Below, in pieces: positions 9,919 to 18,820 of a stretch of 34,999 bases of DNA. A program made the translations under genes and the position numbers. Numbering within the stretch: position 1 is the stretch's first letter; every line of letters begins with the position of its first letter. The DNA lies in IMG/VR virus record IMGVR_UViG_3300023174_000099, positions 64,001 through 98,999 of that record, one strand, 5' to 3'. The notes under the pieces are model-generated. The model made no database searches, was not told where the DNA came from, and saw only the letters and a program-made list of their open reading frames with translations. Source of the stretch: a virus. Taxonomy: Duplodnaviria > Heunggongvirae > Uroviricota > Caudoviricetes.

Positions 9919-11373
9919 TTAGTTATCAATGTAACGAATTCTAGTTAGTTCATTTGTTCCACTAATTGTACTTGGTAGAGCAGTGAAGTTAACTTCAAAT
10001 CCAATAAGATCATCAATGTTAATGTTTGGAATCTCTAAGTGAGCTTGTCCAATATTGACCTGAACTGTTGGAGTTCCTGTGTCTCTACGACCACCGATTG
10101 CAAAATCAAGAGCAAACTTGTTTGTAATAAGTGAAGTATTAGTGATAAGATCGCTATAGAGATCAATGCTTCCATTTGTAATCTCATCTGCATAGCAAGT
10201 GAAATTGCCGCTAACAGAACGAGTTCCAGTTACGTGACCTAGAGGTACGTTAACTACACCAAGTGCTTCTGGAGTTAGATATGTCATATTATTACTAATA
10301 GTAATGCTACCTCCAGTTAGAGTGATTCCGTAGGTCTTTGCAGCGCCACCGTTAATACCTGCGTTTGTACCAACAATATCTAGAGCTGTAATTCTATTGC
10401 GAATCATATTAGTAGTAGAAGTTACGCCAGCACTATTTAGTGTGTATACTGTACTTGCTGGTTCACCTGGGTTACTGGCTGTACCAGTAAACGTAAATGT
10501 GGCTTTCTCCGAGATTCTTGTTCCCATACCAGAGAACGAGATGGTTGTAATTCCATCAATGTCAAAGTTTATAGTTGCTTCATTTACACAGCAGTTTTCA
10601 ACTTTGTATATTGTAGTAACCTCATCATCTGTGTATGTATGTGCAGTTCCACCAAATTTTGCAGCACCTAGTACGAAGTATAGATCAAATGTAGCAAGTC
10701 TTGTTTTATTTGAGGAAGCAGTAGTAAAGTCTAGTTCATTTACTGAAGATATATAAGATGCTGATACTGCCTTAGCACTTGTAGCTGTAACGACACCAGA
10801 CACTCCAGCGGGTACTATATAGCTAACTGTAGAAGCAGTAGTTGCTGTTACTACGAAAGTACCACTTGCTCCAGTAGTTCCTACTGCGGCGGATAGACCA
10901 CTTGTAGTAATGGTATCTCCAACTTTAAAGTAGGTTCCGCCTGTTGGGGCTGCAGTGGTGAAAGTAGCTGTTAGAGTATTAATTCCTCCAGCGGTTGCAA
11001 TAGTTGCTGATGTAATAGCAATACCAGCTGCTAGACCAGCTGCTGGATATAGAACTGTTTCTGCAAACATCGAGTGCCATAATAGCTCTTCTGGTGCACG
11101 AACAGTTGTAGAAAGAGTTGGGCGAGCATACATATCAAAGCTCCACTCAGCAGGTGCTAGGGAATCATTGAAGGAAGCCTGACCACGACGGCTATTTCCG
11201 GTGGCACTAGCCATCTCGTTTACGGTAACTTGGCTAGAATTTGTTGTTTGACTGAAAGAGTATCCATTTAGAACTGGGAGTTCCCAAACGTTTGCAGCCT
11301 GGTTGCCTGTGTACTGTACTGCGTATACTTTAGTATCTCTATTGAAAAATAGGTTTGTATCACCTACGGCCAT
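9919..11373 (-). CDS. Major tail tube protein (T5 pb6-like) with an inserted Thr/Ala-rich domain
   Basis: GYSFSQTTNS..VTVNEM...RG..SFND.LAPAEWSF.MY.RP; GHVTGTRSVSGNFTCY; GFEVNFTALPS. Confidence 0.92.
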   Translation of the reverse strand: MAVGDTNLFFNRDTKVYAVQYTGNQAANVWELPVLNGYSFSQTTNSSQVTVNEMASATGNSRRGQASFNDSLAPAEWSFDMYARPTLSTTVRAPEELLWHSMFAETVLYPAAGLAAGIAITSATIATAGGINTLTATFTTAAPTGGTYFKVGDTITTSGLSAAVGTTGASGTFVVTATTASTVSYIVPAGVSGVVTATSAKAVSASYISSVNELDFTTASSNKTRLATFDLYFVLGAAKFGGTAHTYTDDEVTTIYKVENCCVNEATINFDIDGITTISFSGMGTRISEKATFTFTGTASNPGEPASTVYTLNSAGVTSTTNMIRNRITALDIVGTNAGINGGAAKTYGITLTGGSITISNNMTYLTPEALGVVNVPLGHVTGTRSVSGNFTCYADEITNGSIDLYSDLITNTSLITNKFALDFAIGGRRDTGTPTVQVNIGQAHLEIPNINIDDLIGFEVNFTALPSTISGTNELTRIRYIDN

Positions 11374-11392
11374 TTATTATCTCCTAAGTACC

Positions 11393-11845
11393 TTAGTACT
11401 TGACTTGTAGGGTCATTTCTCCTACACCAAGTGGTGAAAGAGCTCCCTGATCTGTATCTATGAATGTTATGATTATGTCGCGTGTAGCACCAGATGCACC
11501 TTTAGAATCGAGGTATGCCAACCTGCCATTATTATCTAAAATGATCTCGATATCTTCAAGGAGCTTTTCTAGTGCCTCCACGGACTCTTCCTCGTTTACG
11601 TAGGCTCTGAGTGTTAGATCAAGGTATCTATCCTTGAAGCCACCACCTTGGTGAACGATCGTTTCTGGGCCAGCTACTACACATACGCAGGGAAACTCTG
11701 AGATCTCATCCCAGAACTTCATACGAGGATATGCTTGCTGTCCTAAATCTGTTGCGTATCCATTAGCTAAGCTAATAGTTTTTAGCTTAACTACGAGAGC
11801 CTCTACTATAGAACTACGCCTAGTTCTGTTTACTGGATTTGGCAT
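11393..11845 (-). CDS. Tail terminator protein (T5 p142-like)
   Basis: RRSSIVEAL..KLK.I..., FWDEISEFP.VCVVAG.E, TDQGALSPLGVGEM. Immediately upstream of the tail tube gene. Confidence 0.85.
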   Translation of the reverse strand: MPNPVNRTRRSSIVEALVVKLKTISLANGYATDLGQQAYPRMKFWDEISEFPCVCVVAGPETIVHQGGGFKDRYLDLTLRAYVNEEESVEALEKLLEDIEIILDNNGRLAYLDSKGASGATRDIIITFIDTDQGALSPLGVGEMTLQVKY

Positions 11846-13233
11846 TATGCTCTCCTTGTGAAAAATCTTCCGATAGCCATTTCACGAACTATCTCTCTTA
11901 CGGATTGGTCAACTAGTGCTCTTGGATCTCGCTGTGGAGTATTCCAAGGCTTGCGACCTAGTGTACGATCAAAAACGTCATAGGGATCTCTTTCATAATC
12001 GAATACGAATGATGGAAACCCTTCCCGTGTTTGTTCAACATTTACTACTTTAGCTGACTGCGCTAAACGACCAGTTCTAAAATTTAATCTAGGGCTTTTC
12101 ATATTTTTGGTAACAGTATCTGTTAGTTTACTATTGATTATAGGTATAAAACTAGACCAGTTTTGCTTACGAGGTGACTGCTGAGTAGGCGCTCTAGCTA
12201 CTTTACCGCCTCTGAGACTAATACCGGTATCTTTTTCTACTGTATTTGTAGAGGTTTCAGTTATTTCTTTCTTGGTTTTATAATTACTGTTTTTAATATT
12301 ACTTTGCGATACTTTTACTTTTCCACCTGATTTTTTAGCTGCATTTAAAATACTTTGTCTAGTTATTTCTATTGCAGAAGGAGAAGTTGAGAAGTTAGTC
12401 CAATCCTCACTATCTACTAGAGCCTTTATTTGTTTCTTTACAGAATTTATTAGAGCAAATTCTTTAGCACTCTGAACATTTCTATTAGAGTCTACGCCCT
12501 GTTCTCTTACTACAACATCAGCTTTAAAAGATATAGTTTTAACTTTATCTACTCTAGGATTTGTTTTTACTTCAGCAAGTATGCGTAAAAGTGGAGATTG
12601 AGTTTTAGTCTGTCTTTTGCTAGTAGCTTTTACCTTAGCTTCTAATTTTTCTAATAAGTTTTGAACACGTTTTTCTGCAATACTATAGCCTTCAACATGT
12701 CCTATATCTAGTAGGCCTCCTATTCTTTGACCATTTTTCATATAGCCTTGAATACGGGTATTGATGCCCTCGTCATCTTCTATTAGCAAATCAGTACTTA
12801 GAGTATTTCTTAGTTCAGATAAAGCAGAATATCTAGCTTTATCTATAAATGTACTAAATACAGAATTAGTTTTGTTTCCCTCTATCCTTATAGAAAAGTA
12901 ATCACCACTATTATTTAAAACTGTTGTTTTAAAACCGCTTCTAGTTTTCAACATCTCTAATTTTACTTTATCAAAGTATTTTTTACAGGCATCCCTTATT
13001 ATCTTTTCTCTATATGGATCAATAGTTATTCTAGTAGCTGATTTTTTAGCATTTAATCCAGCTACTTGGTCAATAACTTCTTTTACTAGTTCTTCATAAT
13101 TTATTTCATAAATATGCGGAGTACTATTTATAGAGGCTCTAGCTTCAGTTATTTTTTCTTTTGATCCAAGTCCTTCTCTAAGTATACCAGAGGCAAAATC
13201 ATTAAGCAGTAAATCTAGATCTTTCTTAGCCAT
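11845..13233 (-). CDS. Tail completion protein (T5 p143-like), extended to 462 aa
   Basis: C-terminal RTGRLAQSAKVVNV...YERDPYDVF...RDPRALVDQSVREI motif, and gene order. Confidence 0.7.
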   Translation of the reverse strand: MAKKDLDLLLNDFASGILREGLGSKEKITEARASINSTPHIYEINYEELVKEVIDQVAGLNAKKSATRITIDPYREKIIRDACKKYFDKVKLEMLKTRSGFKTTVLNNSGDYFSIRIEGNKTNSVFSTFIDKARYSALSELRNTLSTDLLIEDDEGINTRIQGYMKNGQRIGGLLDIGHVEGYSIAEKRVQNLLEKLEAKVKATSKRQTKTQSPLLRILAEVKTNPRVDKVKTISFKADVVVREQGVDSNRNVQSAKEFALINSVKKQIKALVDSEDWTNFSTSPSAIEITRQSILNAAKKSGGKVKVSQSNIKNSNYKTKKEITETSTNTVEKDTGISLRGGKVARAPTQQSPRKQNWSSFIPIINSKLTDTVTKNMKSPRLNFRTGRLAQSAKVVNVEQTREGFPSFVFDYERDPYDVFDRTLGRKPWNTPQRDPRALVDQSVREIVREMAIGRFFTRRA

Positions 13234-13789
13234 TTCTATACATATCCAGTACTCTGGCTATGTGAGGAGGCCATTTAGAAATTCCAAACTTGCTATAGCC
13301 ATTATCAAGAGTAGCAGAACCAAGCGTCTTGCGCTCTTTGTACTCCTCTTTAAAATAGTGATGAACTAAGTCAAGTGCCGCAATCTCAACATCTTCAGGA
13401 GTAGCTGCGTAACCGGCGGTATATGTAACCTTTACGGCACCAAAGCCCTCATCCCAATAACCCGTGTGGTTAAAAAGAGTGTCAATACTCGAATCCACAA
13501 AATAGTCAGTGCTAGGTACAACTGTATAGGCTGTCTGATAATCGGCTCTAGTCTCAACCTGTGTAACTGTTTTTACAGGCCACTCGTTGAGTAGAATAGC
13601 GTGCTGAGACTGCTTTATATTGAAGATCTCTACCTTTGGAGTAGTATAGTAATCTATAAAAGAATGTCCGCAGTAAGTCTTAATTAAATTGCTGACTGAA
13701 GTTATAATAAAACCTAGGTCTGTGTCATTATCGGTCTTGGTCAGCTTCTTGTAAAGCTTATAATCTTGTAATGTAATTAAAGCTGCCAT
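13226..13789 (-). CDS. Head completion / head-tail connector (T5 p144-like)
   Basis: LITLQDYKLY...ITSVSNLIKTYCG...VKVTYTAGYAATPEDVEIAALDLV...WPPHIARVLDMYR. Follows the capsid gene. Confidence 0.88.
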   Translation of the reverse strand: MAALITLQDYKLYKKLTKTDNDTDLGFIITSVSNLIKTYCGHSFIDYYTTPKVEIFNIKQSQHAILLNEWPVKTVTQVETRADYQTAYTVVPSTDYFVDSSIDTLFNHTGYWDEGFGAVKVTYTAGYAATPEDVEIAALDLVHHYFKEEYKERKTLGSATLDNGYSKFGISKWPPHIARVLDMYRNG

Positions 13790-13806
13790 TTAATCTGCTC
13801 CAAGTG

Positions 13807-13838
13807 AAAAGGGGGCTGCTGGTAGCAGCAACCCCCTT
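13807..13838 (-). terminator. Intrinsic terminator after the major capsid gene
   Basis: Minus strand GGGGGTTGCTG-ctac-CAGCAGCCCCC-TTTT. Confidence 0.8.
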
Positions 13839-13855
13839 CCCAGCTAATTTAATTA

Positions 13856-16800
13856 TTACGCAGCGGCGTACTTAATACCAACTACTGATGCGGCGCCTTC
13901 GATGATTTCCTTGAAACCTAGACGCTGAGTAGTTACTAGTACTCTATGCTGATTTTCTACTAGGTAGTCGCTTTCTACAGTAACACCACGTAGACGTGGA
14001 ACTACGAAGTTACGCTTGTTAAGTGCTAGGGCATTCCATGCACCGACAGCTGGAGTTGGGAACTCATCACAAACCATTACTGATGATCCGTAAATCTGAC
14101 CTACTTCACCAGTTAGCTTTGTAGCAATCTGGTTAACTGAGTTGAAGTCTTGGAAGTCTGGATCTTCTAGTAGTTCATAATACCCACGCTGAGATACAAC
14201 GTAAACTACATCGTTAGCACGTAGACCATACTTACCCATCTTCTTACGAGCAGCTAGAAGATCGTCTGCTAGTAGTTTATTAGCTGAAAAGACTCCTGAG
14301 AGAGTGTTAAAGCGTGTAGATCCGGCAGTATCTACTAGCTTTAGTAGGCCGTCAGAGGCATTGGATGTATAAGCCGATCCGGTAACGTTAAGATTACCAA
14401 GTAGGAATAGGTTTTCTACACCACGAGCATGTGCACGAATCATTGCTTCACGTAGAAGAGGAAGAATTGGAATAATTGCATCTTCTTCAGTTTCGTTACC
14501 TAGATAGCTCTTGGCTACCATCTTGAAGGTTCTTAGTGTGATTTCTGATAGAGTAACACCTGCACGATCCGTACCAGCGCGTACATCTAGTGTACCATTT
14601 GCAGCTGTTGCGTTAGTGCTGCCAGCAGATGCTGTGATTTCAGCATAACCTACGTCTGGCATGATTGGAATGATCATGCTGGCGCTGGTCATAGCAATTT
14701 CACGGAACATTGGAGCAAGGATAAGCTCGTTCTGAATGTCGCGTTCGATATTTGTAGAAACTTCGCGCTCGAAGTGGTCAGTTGAAGGAACCTGAACTGA
14801 AGAGTGAGCATTGGCCTTTTCTAGAAGATCTTTAGCAAACTTTGTGTCATATCCCTTACCTGTCACACGTCCTAGTAGGAAAGCATCGTCAATTTCCTTT
14901 CCAAAAGTCTTCTTCCAGTCTGTTGTATCGCCACGATCAGCAAACACACGCTTTGACTGGCTAATAGCCTTTAGTTCTTCGCTCTTATCAGCTAGTTCAC
15001 TACGTAGACCTTCTACAGCCTTTTCTAGGTTTACTTCCTTATCTTGGAAGCGCTTTTCTAGTTCTGCGAAAATTCTTTCTTCTGAATGAGAGATTACCTT
15101 AGCAGCTACCTCAGCAACTTGCTTTGTCATTGCTTCTTCTGCAGCTTTTTCAGCTAGAACCTTAGCAGCTTTCTCATCTGTTGCTTTTTGCGAAGCAGCA
15201 AGGGCCTCTGTAACGGCCTTGTTAATTAGATCCTGTGTTTCTTTTTCCATTTTAAATTTCCTTGACGCTTCTCGCGCGTGCTCGATGACGTTACCGTCAT
15301 TGTTAATAAACTGTTTCTTAAAATTCTGATAGTCTTCGTGACTATCGAATGACTTTGCCAATGAGAATGTGGCGTCCTGATTAGCTGGTACGGAAACTAC
15401 CGATACCTCTAAAAGCTCGGCATCCTTCACAATCAATCCATCGGCTGACTTATCATAATCTGCATCTTTAACTAAAAAGCCGACTGAGAATGTTGATAGG
15501 ATACCCTCTTTTACTAAATCATAGATTTCACCAGCGCTCTTGCTGATTACTCCCTTGATTCTTAATCCTCTCTTATCTGTAGACATTTCTATAACTTTAC
15601 CAATTGGTCTATTATAGTCATGATTAAATAGTAAGATTGGATTTATCTCGTAATTTCTTAGCCCACCTCTAGTCCATGCTGTTGGTAGGATTCTATCCGA
15701 TTGGCGATCTAGTGAATCTGTACTGGCATAACCAGCGATTCTTAGTTCGTTTCCAACCTCTTCAATCGCCTTGATGGAAGAGTCTATTTTAAATATCTTT
15801 TTCATAGCTGTTCCCCCAAAACTCTTAAGAGCTTCTTCTTGAGTTATCTTTGTTAGAGTAGAAAACTTATGTCCTACTAAAGTCTCCGTTTCAGCTCCAT
15901 CCTTATAAATACGAATTAGTGCCGCTGGATCTTCTTTAGTGGCCTCAATTGAAAATGAACTATCTGGTACACCTAGTACTCCATCTCTCATTACATGTTC
16001 GATTCTACCTTTAGCAATCCCACCAGAAGAGTTCCATTTAACAAAATCTCCTGTTTTTAAACTACTAGAAGCTGCTTTTATAAAATTGGCTTCTTCAGAA
16101 TCATCTTCTTCATCTGACATGAATTCCTGTTTATCCCACTCCGAACAAGTTCTACGAGCGGAACAAGTAATGTCAAACTTTACACAGTATCCTACAACAG
16201 GATCTACATTAGCCCAAGCAGGCTCTACTGGTAAATCTGATGCTTTAAAACTAGAAGCGGTCAAGCAATTTAAAATTTTAGGAGTATTTTTATAATATTC
16301 GCAGTTCTGACACTGACGAGCACGAGCTTCAGAATCGGATGTGCCCCATTCTTTGGCTCTAGCTGCCCAGTAATCATTTTCTGGTGCAGTTGGGTCTGCG
16401 GGACCTAAGTTAGCCTCTCTAATAGCCATTAAATGATGCTCTATGTTTAGCCCATCATCGTGAGTAACTACTGGGCAAGAAGATCCATATTCGTCTGAAT
16501 ATTCCTTTGTATAATCAAAGGATTTACCTTCTAGACGATCAAGAGTTTCGGATTTCGCCCTAGCCCATGTCTGGCCAGGATCTCCACCCCAGAGTGCCCA
16601 AGCTACTCTGCCATTAGATGGAAAACCAGGTTCACCAGGACTAAATCCTTCGCCCTGCTTATCTACCTCATGACGACTAAAAAAGCTGTGCATTCTACGA
16701 ACGGTGCTAGGAGAAAGTTCTTGTTTATTAACAAGCTGTCTGGCTCTTGCGAGTCCTACAGGGGTTCCACCATCGAAACCGTCTTTTCTCCAGTCTAACG

Positions 16801-16870
16801 CCTTCTGTGCTTCTTTAGCCATGCCATCAGTAGGAGTTAGATCGATTTCTTCTCCAGCTACTCTGGCCAT
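13856..16870 (-). CDS. Head polyprotein: three N-terminal accessory domains, HK97-type prohead protease, coiled-coil scaffold (delta) domain and major capsid protein
   Basis: Protease motifs LLFNHDYNRPIG, FSVGF and LEVSVVSVPAN at about aa 375-505. Helical scaffold from about aa 541. HK97-fold capsid motifs (ETEEDAIIPILPL, DYLVENQHRVLVTTQRLGF). Confidence 0.92.
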   Translation of the reverse strand: MARVAGEEIDLTPTDGMAKEAQKALDWRKDGFDGGTPVGLARARQLVNKQELSPSTVRRMHSFFSRHEVDKQGEGFSPGEPGFPSNGRVAWALWGGDPGQTWARAKSETLDRLEGKSFDYTKEYSDEYGSSCPVVTHDDGLNIEHHLMAIREANLGPADPTAPENDYWAARAKEWGTSDSEARARQCQNCEYYKNTPKILNCLTASSFKASDLPVEPAWANVDPVVGYCVKFDITCSARRTCSEWDKQEFMSDEEDDSEEANFIKAASSSLKTGDFVKWNSSGGIAKGRIEHVMRDGVLGVPDSSFSIEATKEDPAALIRIYKDGAETETLVGHKFSTLTKITQEEALKSFGGTAMKKIFKIDSSIKAIEEVGNELRIAGYASTDSLDRQSDRILPTAWTRGGLRNYEINPILLFNHDYNRPIGKVIEMSTDKRGLRIKGVISKSAGEIYDLVKEGILSTFSVGFLVKDADYDKSADGLIVKDAELLEVSVVSVPANQDATFSLAKSFDSHEDYQNFKKQFINNDGNVIEHAREASRKFKMEKETQDLINKAVTEALAASQKATDEKAAKVLAEKAAEEAMTKQVAEVAAKVISHSEERIFAELEKRFQDKEVNLEKAVEGLRSELADKSEELKAISQSKRVFADRGDTTDWKKTFGKEIDDAFLLGRVTGKGYDTKFAKDLLEKANAHSSVQVPSTDHFEREVSTNIERDIQNELILAPMFREIAMTSASMIIPIMPDVGYAEITASAGSTNATAANGTLDVRAGTDRAGVTLSEITLRTFKMVAKSYLGNETEEDAIIPILPLLREAMIRAHARGVENLFLLGNLNVTGSAYTSNASDGLLKLVDTAGSTRFNTLSGVFSANKLLADDLLAARKKMGKYGLRANDVVYVVSQRGYYELLEDPDFQDFNSVNQIATKLTGEVGQIYGSSVMVCDEFPTPAVGAWNALALNKRNFVVPRLRGVTVESDYLVENQHRVLVTTQRLGFKEIIEGAASVVGIKYAAA

Positions 16871-16872
16871 TA

Positions 16873-17154
16873 TTAAGCTCCTTTTGTTTTAAGTGGAGCT
16901 TTAGTTGATTTTGGTTCAACTGCTAGTTCAACTGCTGGTTCGACTACGGGTTCTACTGCTGGTTCTACAGTAACAGATACTGTAAATTCTGCTCCTGCCA
17001 TTTTTAGAATACGACCCCATGAACCAATCTTGGCCTTTAAAACATTGAGCTTAATTGGTGCATCTGTCGCATATTTATATTCTTGGAGGGTCATTGGACC
17101 CCCCTTTTCAGCAAAGTATTTTTTTACTTGCTCTATCATACCATTTCTTGTCAT
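16873..17154 (-). CDS. Small head-module protein (93 aa) with C-terminal VEP(A/V) repeats
   Basis: Fills the portal-protease gap. KKYFAEKGGPMTLQEY...IGSWGRIL, then imperfect 12-nt repeats encoding VEPA VEPV VEPA VELA VEP. Confidence 0.7.
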   Translation of the reverse strand: MTRNGMIEQVKKYFAEKGGPMTLQEYKYATDAPIKLNVLKAKIGSWGRILKMAGAEFTVSVTVEPAVEPVVEPAVELAVEPKSTKAPLKTKGA

Positions 17155-18335
17155 TGTTCTGACTCCTGTGGGGGTCTTCCCCCCTGGCTCGGATTGGCCG
17201 CACTTCCGGCAATGTTTGCTGGAACTCGTATTTGAGCACCCGCTCCATCTGGAAGTGGGTCTTTACCCATTCCAAGTCTAGCTTCATCAGGAGTAATAAT
17301 TCCTCCGTTAACTAGAGTCGAATAATATGCGGCTTCGTCTCTTAATTCTGGTTGTAACGCTGGTATACCTGCCACATCCTCATAAATCTCGAACCCAAAA
17401 AATGCTTGATAAGCAGAATTTAGTTTCTTAATAACAGGAATAATAGTTTCTAAGTAATACAGGCGGTGATTAGGACGAATATTCGCATTGTTACCACTGT
17501 CTACAAGAACTGGAGGAACACCCAATGCTTTTAAGACTATCTTCTCGTTGGAATCAATAGATGGTCCGAAGTCTAACTCTTTAAAACTGACGTTTGAGAT
17601 GGAATCGATTTCCATACCGCCATCTAGAATCATAGGGTTTCTTCCCCCAGATTGAGGTCTGTACTGTTGTTTCCAGTCCTCTTTCATTCTATCCTTGATA
17701 CGCGGGGATAGTGTATCTGGAGACTTAATTACTAATCCTGGGATAGCTCCGTTATTAAAGAAATTGTCTTGGAAGTCTCTCATTGATTTCATCAACTTCA
17801 TCGTTCTAACAGCAGGTCTTAATCTTGAAATGCCTCTGTAGATTGACTGAGAGTTGTTGTCTTTAATATGAATAATCTCATTTGGAGAATAGTCAATTCG
17901 TCCGTCAAATTCATACCTTTCTATATAAGTACTCTCATCTGCATAGATAGTCATCTTTGTAGAAGGTAGATGGTACAGATGCGCACCATCAAAATAGATA
18001 AACATATTTCCATCTAGCATTAAATCCATAAGTAGATTTCTTCTAAAAGAATGAATGTCCTGATATGGATTTGGCTGGTAGTTGAGTAGTGTATCTAGAG
18101 TCTTTCTTTTAATTCCAGGTCTCATTGGAAAACCTACTTTTTCGGTTCCAATCGAATAGTTAATCTCTGCGGCATCATCAACAATCATGTTAACGGCTCT
18201 GTTTACTATTTCGAGACTTTCGTAGAATAAAACGTACGATCTTTCCGGTTCCCTACTGGAGGCTTCTGGCTGCTCCATAGCGATATAACGCTGGGCCGGA
18301 TTTAATTTTTCAAGTAGCCAGCTTCCTAGCTTCAT
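17151..18335 (-). CDS. Portal protein (HK97 family, T5 pb7-like)
   Basis: LLNYQPNPYQ, DGNMFIY, EIIHIKD, FFNNGAIPG.VIK, GVPPVL, IITPDEAR. Confidence 0.95.
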   Translation of the reverse strand: MKLGSWLLEKLNPAQRYIAMEQPEASSREPERSYVLFYESLEIVNRAVNMIVDDAAEINYSIGTEKVGFPMRPGIKRKTLDTLLNYQPNPYQDIHSFRRNLLMDLMLDGNMFIYFDGAHLYHLPSTKMTIYADESTYIERYEFDGRIDYSPNEIIHIKDNNSQSIYRGISRLRPAVRTMKLMKSMRDFQDNFFNNGAIPGLVIKSPDTLSPRIKDRMKEDWKQQYRPQSGGRNPMILDGGMEIDSISNVSFKELDFGPSIDSNEKIVLKALGVPPVLVDSGNNANIRPNHRLYYLETIIPVIKKLNSAYQAFFGFEIYEDVAGIPALQPELRDEAAYYSTLVNGGIITPDEARLGMGKDPLPDGAGAQIRVPANIAGSAANPSQGGRPPQESEQ

Positions 18336-18711
18336 CTAGCTTCTCCTTTTGAATCCTAACCCAGTTTTTTTGCTTTTCAGCAGTAGCTAGAGCAGGGTCT
18401 TTTCCGTAAACCGAGTGAAGCTTCATATGATGACTATGACAGAGAGTTACCGTATCTTGATAGAGCTCTTTTTCGTGCTCTGCGATGAATTGGTCTCGAA
18501 TTGCTAAGACTTCCTCGTCCGTCGCTACACTGACTTTTTTGATCCTACACCATTTCTCAAAGAGTGGCGTTAGTGTGTAGTAATGGTGAAAGTCTAGCTG
18601 TTCTGTTACTCCGCAAATCTCACAGGAAGTTCCCTTGTTATAACGGGCTTTAGCTTTATCGCGAACATGCTTGATAGGAATCCGTTTCATATCCGCTGAA
18701 TGTTTTGCCAT
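18310..18711 (-). CDS. HNH endonuclease between TerL and portal (T5 nicking-endonuclease position)
   Basis: KHVRDKAKARY..CEICG..LDFHH...VTLCHSHHMKLH. Start at ATG 18711 follows AGGAG; the track start is 18720. Confidence 0.85.
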   Translation of the reverse strand: MAKHSADMKRIPIKHVRDKAKARYNKGTSCEICGVTEQLDFHHYYTLTPLFEKWCRIKKVSVATDEEVLAIRDQFIAEHEKELYQDTVTLCHSHHMKLHSVYGKDPALATAEKQKNWVRIQKEKLDEARKLAT

Positions 18712-18734
18712 ATTTCTCACTCCTATTTCATGTA

Positions 18735-18763
18735 ATTATAGTTGGTTGGGGCAAAAAAGTCAA
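18735..18763 (-). promoter_or_regulatory. Sigma70-type promoter for the HNH-portal-capsid operon
   Basis: TTGACT-17-TATAAT, then AGGAG and ATG. Confidence 0.8.
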
Positions 18764-18820
18764 GGTCCAAAATAGCGTGGTTCCCTTAAAACCCACTCCA
18801 ACTGAAAAATTCTAGTCAAA

